From NCBI GenBank assembly GCA_023246355.1, contig JAHFIQ010000005.1, forward strand, positions 3,086-67,085: 64,000 nt of DNA. Direction: 5' to 3'. Position 1 is the first letter of the stretch; each line of letters opens with the position of its first letter. This document shows positions 36,270 to 46,018 of this stretch, in pieces. The notes under the pieces were generated by a model. The model was given only the letters and a program-made list of their open reading frames with translations. It searched no databases and was not told where the DNA came from. Origin of the DNA: Candidatus Uhrbacteria bacterium. Its GTDB lineage: Bacteria > Patescibacteriota > Patescibacteriia > UBA9934 > GWF2-40-263. The translations under genes were made by a program, and so were the position numbers.

Positions 36270-37736
36270 ATGACCAAGAAGACTTACGTTCTCTCTCTTG
36301 TGCTTTTCGGCATCTACGCCTTTTCGGCTCACGCCTCCTCAACTTGGATCGAACAAGACCATGGCACCATGCAGAGCGTGCGGGGGATTGTGAAAGCCGG
36401 TGACACACTCGTTGCGGTTGGCAACAGCGGTTACATGATGACGTCTTCCGATGACGGAGAGACCTGGACATTGTCGAGTCGAATTTCCAGTGCGTGGTGG
36501 CATGATGTGTCCTTGGAATCCGACGGTGATGTCGTGGCTGTGGGAGAGTCGGGAACGTATGCGACTTCCACCAACAATGGGACCTCCTGGTCATCTGGCT
36601 CATTGGGTGTTTCTAATCACTTGTACGGCGTGGATGAATCGGGGTCTTATGGGTATATCGTTGGCGCGGGTGGTACGGTTTTGTATCTTGCCAATGGCCG
36701 GTGGGTCAGTGGAACGCCAAATGTGACAGATAATCTCTACGATGTGCAGGATAATGGCGATGGGACATCGTGGATTGTCGGAGCCGCAGGGCGCGTGTTG
36801 AAGGCGAGCAATGGCGGAGTCTCGTGGACGAATCTCGGACGCGTGGCCACGGATGATTTACAAGGCGTTTATTTCTCGTCATCCACAACAGGATGGGTCA
36901 TCGGCGACATGGGGACGTTCAAGAAGACGACCGATGCTGGGACCTCTTGGGCGAGCGTGAGCGTCAGCGGATTATCGTCACAAGATTTGTATGACATCCA
37001 GGTTTCGGGCGACAACATGGTCATCGTAGGCGACAAGATTATGTTGATGAGCGAGGACGGCGGTGATACATGGAGTGCACAGGATTTTGCGGACGAGAAC
37101 ATCACCTTTTTTGCCGCGACCTATGATACGGACGGTAGTCTTTGGGCGGCTGGAACAGATTTTGATGTCTGGTCGAGTGTGTATCGGTATGAGGTGGAAG
37201 AGGTGGCTGAGGGAGATGCGGTGGAAGAGGAAACTACGGAGGTAGCCCCAGGCTTCAGCCTGGGTGAAGCTGAAACGAATAATCTCATCAAACTCACATG
37301 CGAAGGGGAGACAGCGGCGACCGATCCGTGTCGTGCCGTGTATTTTTACGGCTCAGATGGCAAGCGCCATGCGTTCCCAAATGAAAAAGTTTTTTTCACG
37401 TGGTACGAGAATTTTGATAATGTGATCGAGGTGACCTCTGAGTTCATGTCAGATCTCACGCTCGGATCAAACGTGACGTACCACCCTGGCATTAAGATGG
37501 TGAAGTTTCAGAGTGTGAGGACTGTGTACGCGGTCAGTGCCATGGGAGTGCTGCGTGCGATCGCCAGTGAAGACGTAGCGACGGATCTTTACGGTGCTGA
37601 CTGGAATCAACAGATCGATGACATCTCGGATGCGTTTTTAGGCAACTATGATTTCGGTGAGGACATCAACTCAACGGCGGATTTCGATGTCGAAGCAGAG
37701 GCAGACTCCGTGAGTGAATTGGATGACAATTTCTAA
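36270..37736 (+). CDS. BNR/Asp-box (Ycf48-like) beta-propeller protein with C-terminal conserved module
   Basis: Signal peptide. Five Asp-box motifs (SSDDGETW, STNNGTSW, ASNGGVSW, TTDAGTSW, SEDGGDTW). C-terminal module FYGSDGKRHAFPNEKVFFTWYENFDNV is homologous to the N-terminus of the 32262 protein. TACAAT -10 box upstream. Confidence 0.6.
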   Translation: MTKKTYVLSLVLFGIYAFSAHASSTWIEQDHGTMQSVRGIVKAGDTLVAVGNSGYMMTSSDDGETWTLSSRISSAWWHDVSLESDGDVVAVGESGTYATSTNNGTSWSSGSLGVSNHLYGVDESGSYGYIVGAGGTVLYLANGRWVSGTPNVTDNLYDVQDNGDGTSWIVGAAGRVLKASNGGVSWTNLGRVATDDLQGVYFSSSTTGWVIGDMGTFKKTTDAGTSWASVSVSGLSSQDLYDIQVSGDNMVIVGDKIMLMSEDGGDTWSAQDFADENITFFAATYDTDGSLWAAGTDFDVWSSVYRYEVEEVAEGDAVEEETTEVAPGFSLGEAETNNLIKLTCEGETAATDPCRAVYFYGSDGKRHAFPNEKVFFTWYENFDNVIEVTSEFMSDLTLGSNVTYHPGIKMVKFQSVRTVYAVSAMGVLRAIASEDVATDLYGADWNQQIDDISDAFLGNYDFGEDINSTADFDVEAEADSVSELDDNF

Positions 37737-37763
37737 GAAGGTCGATAAAATACCGCCATTCGT

Positions 37764-39797
37764 ATGAAGCGGTCTTTTATTTTAAAACTGGCAGTGATTA
37801 TCACGATTTTATCTATGATCGTGCTTCCTTTGCTTGTAGGAGCACGAGAGGCAAGCGATCCATTCCGCTCTGAACAATGGTATTTGGATCAAATTTCCGC
37901 CCCGTCGGCTTGGGAGGTCGAGACAGGATCAAACGAGACGGTTGTGGCCGTGCTCGATGCGGGGTTTGATTTGGAACATGAAGATCTACAGGGTCAGTTT
38001 TGGAAAAACGAAGATGAAACGCCTGGTGATGATCGCGACAATGACAACAATGGTTTTGAAGATGATGTCCACGGATGGGATTTCGTGGATGGGGACGGTG
38101 ATCCAAGTCCAGACACAAGCGGCACGGACACGGTCGTGTCACACGGCACGGTCATTGCTGGAATCATTGGTGCTGCCGCAAACAACGGATTGGGCATCAC
38201 GGGCATCAACTGGGATGTGGCGATCATGCCGCTGCGGGTGCTCGATAAAAACGGCGCAGGTTCCACCGTGGATGTTCGCCACGCCATTGAGTATGCGGTG
38301 GACAATGGCGCGGACGTCATCAATCTCAGCTTTACGTTTTCCACCATCGACGAACGTTTGCGTGACACAATTCTCTGGGCGTATGAACAAGGCGTTGTTG
38401 TGGTGGCAGCCATTGGGAACGGGGAAGTCGATACAGATGTGACGCCGATCTATCCTGCGTGTTTTGATTTGACATTGGGTGTCAACGCGGTGATCGGTGT
38501 GGCCGCAACAAACACGCAGGACGTGAAAGCAGATTTTTCCAACTTCGGGACACGCTGTGTGGATCTTTCGGCTCCTGGGACAGATGTCTTTGCCACGGTG
38601 TATCACGATGAGGATGTTCTGTCGTTCATTACTTCCTACGCGTCACCTTGGGAAGGGACATCGATTGCCGCTCCGATGGTTTCCGGTGCAGCTGCGCTTT
38701 TGCGTTCTGCGTATCCATCACTCACTCCCGATCAAGTGAGAAACGCTCTGAAGCTCTCGGTAGACCCCGTTGCCGAGACATCACTTGAAGCGCGCATGCG
38801 ATTGGGAGCTGGACGATTGAATCTAGAGCGAGCTCTCCGGTATGCACAGACTTTTGCCAATGGGTCTGGATCAACTCAAGAAACAAATGCGCACACGTCG
38901 TCAGGTTCATTTGTGGTTGCACAGGCGCGTGGATCTGAATCCATCGTGCGTCGAGTGGATGGCGCCGGAGAAGTTCTGGCTGAGTTTCAGGCGTATCCGA
39001 GCGGATTTCGCGGCGGCGTTCGTGTGGCCATGGGAGACGTAAACGGTGATGGCGTGGAGGAGGTCATCACTGGCGCAGGACCAAGCGGTGGACCGCAGGT
39101 GAGGATTTTTGATCTTGAAGGAAAGGTCATGGGACAATTTTTCGCCTTTGAAGAGGGCGATCGTAATGGAATTTTTGTCGCCACGGGAGATGTAAATGGC
39201 GATGGGATCGATGAGATTCTCGTGACTTCGGATGCCGGCGGCACGGGTCAGGTACGGATTTTTAATCGCTACGGCCATTTGAAGGGCGCGTATTTCCCGT
39301 TTGGCAGAACAGCCGAGCCCGTCCGTGTTGCCACGGGGAATCTTGATGGTGACTCCGAGTCTGAAATTGTGAGTGTACTGGGAAAGGGAAGTGATGGGCG
39401 CATGTTGATCCATGACGGCAATGGCCGGTATGTCGGTTCCGCGACCGCATTCAATACCAGCGTGGATGCCCTGACCATTGCCACAGCTGACATAGATGGC
39501 GATGGTGTCGACGAGATTGTCGTCGGATCGGGCGCGGGTCACAGTCCGCAAGTTTCCGTGTATACTTCATCAGGTGAAGAACGCGCAAAATTTTTTGCTT
39601 TTCCGGTTTCATTCACCGGAGGCGTAGAAGTTGCGGCTGGAGACCTGGATGGGAATGGCACAAGTGAGATCTATGTGTTTCCTGCCTCTGCCGGTGGCCC
39701 GCAGGTCAGGATATTTAGTGAGGAGAACACTTTGATCGGAAGTTTTTTTATCTTTGATACGGCGTTGCGCCTTGGCGGGTCGATCGCTATTTGGTAG
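37764..39797 (+). CDS. Subtilisin-like (S8) serine peptidase with C-terminal FG-GAP-type repeats
   Basis: Catalytic triad motifs VAVLDAGFD, HGTVIAGIIGA, GTSIAAPMVSGAAALL. C-terminal repeats GDVNGDGVEEVITGAGPSGGPQVRIF. Confidence 0.7.
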   Translation: MKRSFILKLAVIITILSMIVLPLLVGAREASDPFRSEQWYLDQISAPSAWEVETGSNETVVAVLDAGFDLEHEDLQGQFWKNEDETPGDDRDNDNNGFEDDVHGWDFVDGDGDPSPDTSGTDTVVSHGTVIAGIIGAAANNGLGITGINWDVAIMPLRVLDKNGAGSTVDVRHAIEYAVDNGADVINLSFTFSTIDERLRDTILWAYEQGVVVVAAIGNGEVDTDVTPIYPACFDLTLGVNAVIGVAATNTQDVKADFSNFGTRCVDLSAPGTDVFATVYHDEDVLSFITSYASPWEGTSIAAPMVSGAAALLRSAYPSLTPDQVRNALKLSVDPVAETSLEARMRLGAGRLNLERALRYAQTFANGSGSTQETNAHTSSGSFVVAQARGSESIVRRVDGAGEVLAEFQAYPSGFRGGVRVAMGDVNGDGVEEVITGAGPSGGPQVRIFDLEGKVMGQFFAFEEGDRNGIFVATGDVNGDGIDEILVTSDAGGTGQVRIFNRYGHLKGAYFPFGRTAEPVRVATGNLDGDSESEIVSVLGKGSDGRMLIHDGNGRYVGSATAFNTSVDALTIATADIDGDGVDEIVVGSGAGHSPQVSVYTSSGEERAKFFAFPVSFTGGVEVAAGDLDGNGTSEIYVFPASAGGPQVRIFSEENTLIGSFFIFDTALRLGGSIAIW

Positions 39798-41878
39798 ACA
39801 CTATGACCTATCAGACCAGTAAGATTTATGCTCGGATTGTCGTCTTCTTTTTGTTTTTGTCTTTGGCGTTTCCTGCGTCTGCCCTCACACCAGATGACGA
39901 ATATCTTTCCGAGCAATGGTATCTGACAAACATTGGTGCTGAGGACGCCTGGGAAACATCCACCGGCGACAACGAAGTCGTGGTGGCCGTGCTCGATACA
40001 GGTGTTGATTTGGATCATCCAGATTTGGAAGCGAACATCTGGGAGAACCCAGGGGAGGACCCAGACAACGGTAAGGACGATGATCACAATGGCTACGTCG
40101 ATGATGTGCATGGGTACGATTTTGTCGATGATGAGGGAGATCCGATGCCAAGTCTTGAAGGAAGTTTTGACACCGACGCGGTGAGTCATGCAACCGTGAT
40201 CGCGGGCATCATTGGCGCAGTTGGGGATAATGCAGACGGCATCGCGGGCATCAACTGGAATGTGAAAATTATGTCCGTGCGTATTTTGGATTCCGACGGT
40301 GTTGGCGATGCAGAGCTCGCTCGTGAAGGGGTGGAGTATGCAACAGAAAATGGCGCGGATGTGATCAATCTCAGTTTTACGGGTTTTGATGTGGATCCGG
40401 CTCTGCGTGATGCTGTTCGTGATGCCTACGATGCAGGCATCGTCGTTGTGGCAGCGATGGGCAACGCCGATGGGGGAGGCCTCGATATTGATGAGACGCC
40501 CATCTACCCAGCCTGCTACGGCGAGCATGCGGATGAGGATTGGATTTTGGGTGTGGCTGCGACTACGATCGATGATGAGAAAGCCGATTTTTCCAATTAC
40601 GGTTCCACCTGCACAGACATTTCTGCGCCAGGGGAAAATATTTTCAGTGCGGTGTTTCAAGATGACGACGTCCCAGAATTGGCCGAAGGCTATTATCAGG
40701 AGGGCTGGTCAGGGACCTCGATGGCCTCACCGATGGTTGCGGGAGCCGCGGCGTTGTTGTTGGCAAATTATCCGTCGCTCACGCCCGACGAGATCAAAAC
40801 GATCCTGCGTTTGTCTGCTGATCCGGTGATCGCGACCGGATCAGCGAAAGGAAAAATGGGTGCAGGTAGACTGAATATCGCAAACGCGATTGCGGCAGCG
40901 CCGTCGTTTGCGGACGTGGGAGAAGATTCCGTGTCCGCTGCTTCTGTGGAAGCATCGTCCAGTTACAGAATCGCGGTGGCTCCTGAGAGCGGTTCTCCGC
41001 CAACCGTTCGTGTGTTTGTGAATAGTGGAAGTGAGGTTGTCGCAGAGTTTGATGCCTATGACTCAGCGTTTACCGGTGGTGTGCGACTCACTATGGGAGA
41101 TGTCGATGGGGACGGGGAAGAAGAAATTGTCACTGTGCCAGGACCAGGCGGAGGACCGCAGGTGCGCATTTTCGATTTGGAAGGCAATCTCGAACGTGAC
41201 TTTTTTGCCTTTGAGGAGAGTTTACGATCAGGCTATTTTGTTGCGACCGGGGATGTGGATGGCGACGGCGTGGAAGAGATTGTGGTGAGTACAGATGAAG
41301 GCGGAAATGGTCGCGTAGGCATTTTCGACAAAGACGGGAATGAAGTGGAGGATTCGTTCATGCCGTTTTCCGATGTCAGTGGAAAGAGAAGTGTCCGTGT
41401 GGCCATGGGAGACGTTGATGGGGACGGGGAAGACGAAGTGATCGTGTGCTTAGGCTCAGGCCATGAGCCGATGATTCGTGTCCTTGAGTCTGATGGGGAT
41501 GTTGTGAGTGAGTTTTTGGCGTATGCTTCCACGTACACCAAGGGCGTGTTCGTTGCCTCGGGAGATTTGGATGGTGATGGCGATGATGAAATTGTCACAG
41601 GGACAGACAACGGTGGCGGGCCACAGGTACAGATCTATGATGGCGAGGGAAGCTGGCTGGGAACGTTTTTTGCCTATGACTCGGCGTTTCGTGGTGGGGT
41701 GCGTTTATCTGTCGGGAATCTTTCTGAGTGGCCAGGCGCGTCGATTATCACAGCCGCTGGTCCAGGTGGTGGGCCGCATATTCGTGTCTACAATGGTTAC
41801 GCGGAGTTGATTGGGACCTTTTTCAGCGACGAGGTGAGTGACCGCGACGGAATCAATTCAGGAGCGTGGGGATTATAA
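39791..41878 (+). CDS. Subtilisin-like (S8) serine peptidase with C-terminal FG-GAP-type repeats (paralog)
   Basis: VAVLDTGVDLDH, HATVIAGIIGA, GTSMASPMVAGAAALL, then GDVDGDGEEEIVTVPGPGGGPQVRIF repeats. Start may be ATG 39803. Confidence 0.7.
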   Translation: MVDTMTYQTSKIYARIVVFFLFLSLAFPASALTPDDEYLSEQWYLTNIGAEDAWETSTGDNEVVVAVLDTGVDLDHPDLEANIWENPGEDPDNGKDDDHNGYVDDVHGYDFVDDEGDPMPSLEGSFDTDAVSHATVIAGIIGAVGDNADGIAGINWNVKIMSVRILDSDGVGDAELAREGVEYATENGADVINLSFTGFDVDPALRDAVRDAYDAGIVVVAAMGNADGGGLDIDETPIYPACYGEHADEDWILGVAATTIDDEKADFSNYGSTCTDISAPGENIFSAVFQDDDVPELAEGYYQEGWSGTSMASPMVAGAAALLLANYPSLTPDEIKTILRLSADPVIATGSAKGKMGAGRLNIANAIAAAPSFADVGEDSVSAASVEASSSYRIAVAPESGSPPTVRVFVNSGSEVVAEFDAYDSAFTGGVRLTMGDVDGDGEEEIVTVPGPGGGPQVRIFDLEGNLERDFFAFEESLRSGYFVATGDVDGDGVEEIVVSTDEGGNGRVGIFDKDGNEVEDSFMPFSDVSGKRSVRVAMGDVDGDGEDEVIVCLGSGHEPMIRVLESDGDVVSEFLAYASTYTKGVFVASGDLDGDGDDEIVTGTDNGGGPQVQIYDGEGSWLGTFFAYDSAFRGGVRLSVGNLSEWPGASIITAAGPGGGPHIRVYNGYAELIGTFFSDEVSDRDGINSGAWGL

Positions 41879-41898
41879 ATTTGCTATACTGGTCGCAT

Positions 41899-42915
41899 AT
41901 GTCTCAACCTCTCACCTTTGAAAATAAGAATATCGTTGTGACCGGCGGTGCTGGATTTCTTGGCTCGCATTTGTGTGAGAGACTTTTGGCGGATGGGCAC
42001 CGTGTGGTATGCGTCGATAATCTTTCCACAGGTGAAGCTCGTAACATCGAAGCACTGTTGCAACACACGAACTTTCGATTTATCCGATTGGATATCAATC
42101 AACCATTTGAGATCGAGAATTTTCCTGAGCTGGCGGCCTTCAAATTCCCGTTTCAAGGCATTCAAGAGATCTATCATTTTGCGTGTCCAACGAGCATTAA
42201 AAATTTCGATCAGTTTAAAATTCAGACTCTCCTTTCTAGCTCATTGGGAAATTATTACGTGCTTGAATTGGCTAAAAAATATCGCGCGAAAATTTTACTG
42301 GCGTCCAGTTCCGTGGTGTATGGTTCAAGGCAGGATGGGGCGCCGCTGGTTGTCGAAACCGATCAGGGGATTGTCGACCATCTTTCTCCTCGTGCCTGTT
42401 ACGACGAAGGAAAGCGTTTTTCCGAGACCATGTTTGAAACCTACCGTCAGGTGCATAGCTTGGAGGTTCGGATCGCGAGAATTTTTCGCACCTACGGACC
42501 TCGCATGCCGTTGTTTGATGGCCAGTTGATTCCAGATTTTATTTTGAACGCGCTGGATGGAAAAGAACTGGTGATGTACGGTGGGCGCGAATTTCGCACG
42601 TCGCTTGCTTTTGTCACAGATGTGATCGATGGTCTGGTTCGGGTGATGGAATCCAAAGATGATCCAGGACCTGTGAATCTCGGCAGCGACGTCGACTTGG
42701 CGCTTGAGGATGTGGCAAAAAAAATCATCGCGATGACGGATTCTTCATCTCAGATCGTTGAAGGCGAAAGTATGATTTTTCTCTCAGAGCTTTCTTTGCC
42801 GCGCATTGACCGTGCCAAGGAACTTGGTTGGTTTCCCTTGGTGCGACTTGAAGATGGTCTGCGCAGAACGATTGAATACATGAAAGCGAATAAGATTTTG
42901 TATAGCAATTTATGA
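41899..42915 (+). CDS. NAD-dependent epimerase/dehydratase, UDP-glucuronate decarboxylase (UXS)-like
   Basis: IVVTGGAGFLGSHLCERL Rossmann motif and YxxxK-type SDR core, typical of the UXS/ArnA family. Confidence 0.65.
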   Translation: MSQPLTFENKNIVVTGGAGFLGSHLCERLLADGHRVVCVDNLSTGEARNIEALLQHTNFRFIRLDINQPFEIENFPELAAFKFPFQGIQEIYHFACPTSIKNFDQFKIQTLLSSSLGNYYVLELAKKYRAKILLASSSVVYGSRQDGAPLVVETDQGIVDHLSPRACYDEGKRFSETMFETYRQVHSLEVRIARIFRTYGPRMPLFDGQLIPDFILNALDGKELVMYGGREFRTSLAFVTDVIDGLVRVMESKDDPGPVNLGSDVDLALEDVAKKIIAMTDSSSQIVEGESMIFLSELSLPRIDRAKELGWFPLVRLEDGLRRTIEYMKANKILYSNL

Positions 42916-43607
42916 AGGTGATTGCCCTCATACCTGCCTACAACGAAGAGGCGACCATTGCAGAGGTGTTGCAAAAAACAAAACCGTTTGTGGACGGGAT
43001 GATTGTGGTCAATGATGGTTCATGGGATCGCACTTCACAGATCGCCCAAGGACAAGGAGCGGTAGTCGTGAGCCATGTGGTCAACCGTGGACTCGGCGCG
43101 GCGATCGGAACTGGTTTTGCGGCTGCCAAGTGTTTGGGGGCAGATGTGGTTGTGACACTTGATGCGGATGGTCAGCACGACCCCCATGAGATCCAAAAAT
43201 TTGTTGCGGCGATTGAGGCAGGGGCTGACGTGGTGATCGGGTCGCGTTTGCTTGAAGACACCTCCCCTTGCCAAGGGGAGGTCGGGAGGGGTCGTATGCC
43301 GCTTCATCGAAAAGTGGCCAACACGATTGGGAATCTTGTGACCTTTCTCTTGTTCGGTGCATGGGTGACAGACAGTCAATCTGGATTCCGTGCGTTCACG
43401 AGATTCGCCCTCTCAAAGATTGAGATCAAGACGAACCGCATGGAGGTTTCTTCAGAACTGATCGCCGAGGCGCGTCGTCATGAACTGAATCTCGTCGAAG
43501 TTCCGATCAAAGCGATCTATACCGACTATTCCCTTTCCAAGGGTCAGAATTTTTTTGTGGGAATCAAGACAGTACTGAAACTTGTTGTTCGACGCCTGAT
43601 GTCGTAG
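42912..43607 (+). CDS. Glycosyltransferase family 2 (Dpm1/GtrB-like)
   Basis: IPAYNEEATIAEVL...VVNDGSWDRT...DADGQHDP are GT2 motifs. Confidence 0.7.
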   Translation: MKVIALIPAYNEEATIAEVLQKTKPFVDGMIVVNDGSWDRTSQIAQGQGAVVVSHVVNRGLGAAIGTGFAAAKCLGADVVVTLDADGQHDPHEIQKFVAAIEAGADVVIGSRLLEDTSPCQGEVGRGRMPLHRKVANTIGNLVTFLLFGAWVTDSQSGFRAFTRFALSKIEIKTNRMEVSSELIAEARRHELNLVEVPIKAIYTDYSLSKGQNFFVGIKTVLKLVVRRLMS

Positions 43608-43611
43608 TTGT

Positions 43612-43947
43612 ATGGATGTGATACAAATTTTGATCGTCGTGTTTGCCCTGTTTGCCCTCTCACGCACGGTTTGGCAATTCAAAAAAGGGACGTTGTCGTT
43701 CGTCTGGCTTTTTTTCTGGATCTTGTTTTGGCTCGGTGTTGGATTCGTTGCTGTTCTTCCGCAGACCGCGGACATGGTAGCCCGCGTGGTTGGTGTTGGA
43801 AGAGGAGCTGATGTGGTGATCTATGTTTCTTTGCTCGCCTTGTTCTATTTGATCTTCCGCGTCTACATCAAAATCGAACAGGTAGAGAGAGAGGTCACGG
43901 GGCTGGTGCGGAAATTGGCGCTCGACGAACTGGAGGAGAAAAAATAA
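43612..43947 (+). CDS. DUF2304-like small membrane protein
   Basis: 111 aa with 3-4 TM helices, directly downstream of the GT2 gene. This pairing is common for DUF2304. Confidence 0.45.
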   Translation: MDVIQILIVVFALFALSRTVWQFKKGTLSFVWLFFWILFWLGVGFVAVLPQTADMVARVVGVGRGADVVIYVSLLALFYLIFRVYIKIEQVEREVTGLVRKLALDELEEKK

Positions 43948-43948
43948 C

Positions 43949-45049
43949 ATGATGCCTCGCGTTGCCATTATTTATCTCTGTTACAACAACCGCGCCTATC
44001 TCGAGGATGTTTTTGCTTCCGTCGAAAAATTGCAGTACCCCCGTGAGCAACTTGAGGTTGTGGTCGTTGATAATGATTCCAAAGACGGGAGTCCTGAGTG
44101 GTTGCGTGCCCACCAGGGCATCACGTTTTTACCAAGTGAAAAGAATCTTGGATTTGCTGAGGGGAATAATGTGGGCATCCGTCACGCGATGTTGCATGGC
44201 GCTCAGTATGTCTACTTGTTAAACGGCGACGCCAAGCTTCATCCGGAGGCGATCATGGAGGCGGTGAAACTGGCAGAGTCAGACCAAACCATTGGCTCTG
44301 TGCAGTCGAGAATCATGTTGTGGAAGCATCCGGATATTGTGAACGTCACCGGAGGCATGGTGCATTTTTTGGGCTTTGGTTTTGCCCGCGACAACGGAAA
44401 AGCTTGGGATGGGGTCAGGTCCGACTTCCGACTTTTGGGTTTAGATGTCCAGGATCAAAAAAGTCGGAAGTCGGACCTGACCCCATTTGAAATCGCCTAC
44501 AGCAGTGGAGCGGCTGTACTGTATCGAGCCTCTGTGTTGCAGAAGGTCGGCTTGTTGGATTCATTCCTCTTTCTCTATCACGAGGACCTTGAACTTGGTT
44601 GGCGTATCCGTCTGGCCGGTTACAAGAACGTGTTGGCCATCGATTCGATTGCGTATCATGACTACGAGTTCAAACGCTCCATCAAAAAGTTTTATTGGAT
44701 GGAACGCAATCGTGTGCTCGTCCATTGTTCTCATCTCACACTCAGGTCGCTCGCTCTGCTTGCGATTCCGATGCTTCTTGCTGAACTTGGACTCATCCTA
44801 TTTGCGATCAAGGGTGGCTGGATTCGCGAGAAGGTTCTCGTGTACGTGAGTCTTTTCAGTCCTCGGTCCTGGAGGTACGTCAAAACAAAACGTCGCGAGA
44901 GCCGGCTCTTGCGACGTGTCGGAGATCGTGAAATTGTGCGCCTGTGGACCGGGAAAATTGAGCATCAGGAAACCCAAAGTTTCATCGTGGATCGCTTGAT
45001 CAATCCATCTTCATCAGCGCTTTGGAAGGTTCTTCGAGCTTTCATTTAA
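43949..45049 (+). CDS. Glycosyltransferase family 2
   Basis: VAIIYLCYNNRAYLEDVF...VVVVDNDSKDGS...NLGFAEGNNVG. Confidence 0.65.
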   Translation: MMPRVAIIYLCYNNRAYLEDVFASVEKLQYPREQLEVVVVDNDSKDGSPEWLRAHQGITFLPSEKNLGFAEGNNVGIRHAMLHGAQYVYLLNGDAKLHPEAIMEAVKLAESDQTIGSVQSRIMLWKHPDIVNVTGGMVHFLGFGFARDNGKAWDGVRSDFRLLGLDVQDQKSRKSDLTPFEIAYSSGAAVLYRASVLQKVGLLDSFLFLYHEDLELGWRIRLAGYKNVLAIDSIAYHDYEFKRSIKKFYWMERNRVLVHCSHLTLRSLALLAIPMLLAELGLILFAIKGGWIREKVLVYVSLFSPRSWRYVKTKRRESRLLRRVGDREIVRLWTGKIEHQETQSFIVDRLINPSSSALWKVLRAFI

Positions 45050-45062
45050 TATTCTAGCTGGC

Positions 45063-45178
45063 CTCCCAAAATCGATGAGATTACCTTGAACGGGGAAGCC
45101 AGCCGCCGAGACGTAGGTAAATCCTACGTTGAGGAGGTGGCGGGGCCCCGTGAAAGGTAAGATCGCGATTTTGGGAGG
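45063..45178 (+). repeat. 118-nt long-hairpin repeat element, copy b
   Basis: cctcccaaaatcg...cgattttgggagg terminal stem. About 88% identical to copies a and c. Sits in the convergent intergenic gap between two GT2 genes. Confidence 0.7.
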
Positions 45179-46018
45179 TCAGCTTTTTTGTCCCAGCCAC
45201 TTGAGGGTGTACTTGAGCCAACTCATGATGTGAATCCGTGTGGTGCGGTTGTGAAGGATTTTATCGATCGTGCCTTTTCCTTTTGCTGAATCTTTACTAT
45301 ACGCATGATAGAGCACCGCCTCGGGAAGATAATACACCGGGCGGCCATGGAGCCAGCTTGTCCGACACAGGTCAACATCTTCGTAATACATGAAGTAGCG
45401 ATCATCAAATCCGCCTAGTTCGCGGAACAGGTTGCCTTCGATCATGAAGGCAGACCCTTGCACCCAATCAACCATCCGACGCTTGTTGTGATCAAAATCC
45501 TCCATGAGGAATTGCTGTTTGTGTGACGTCACTCGGTTTTTTTTGAAGAGCGATGTTCGTTGCATGATGGGGGTGAGCACCGAGGGAAATCGTCGGCAGG
45601 TTTCTTGAAGTCGTCCATCCATGTACAAAATTTTTGGCGCCGCAATGCCGACCTTTGGGTGGTTTTTGAGAAAGCGATACAGTTTCATCAGAACCTCCGG
45701 ATCATCCACCCGAGTATCTGGATTCAAAAAGAAATAATAGTCCGAGTCGACTTCCTCTGCCCCACGGTTACACGAGCGACCAAATCCCACGTTCACGTTG
45801 CGAAGGATGACGATCGCTTGGGGAACATGTTTTTTTACCAGGGCATGTGCGTCGATTTTTGTCGATGCGTTGTCGACCAAAATAAATCGCACCTTGAGCG
45901 GTGTTGCCTCAAGGAGTTTTTGAACAGAGTGAAGACACGCCTCATCCAGACGATTGGCAGAAACCGTGACGATGGCGATGTCGACGCGTTCTTTTGGGTA
46001 GACGCTTGTTACTTCCAC
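45179..46018 (-). CDS. Glycosyltransferase family 2
   Basis: IAIVTVSANRLDEACLHSVQKLL...ILVDNAS...NVGFGRSCNRG. Confidence 0.65.
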   Translation of the reverse strand: MEVTSVYPKERVDIAIVTVSANRLDEACLHSVQKLLEATPLKVRFILVDNASTKIDAHALVKKHVPQAIVILRNVNVGFGRSCNRGAEEVDSDYYFFLNPDTRVDDPEVLMKLYRFLKNHPKVGIAAPKILYMDGRLQETCRRFPSVLTPIMQRTSLFKKNRVTSHKQQFLMEDFDHNKRRMVDWVQGSAFMIEGNLFRELGGFDDRYFMYYEDVDLCRTSWLHGRPVYYLPEAVLYHAYSKDSAKGKGTIDKILHNRTTRIHIMSWLKYTLKWLGQKS

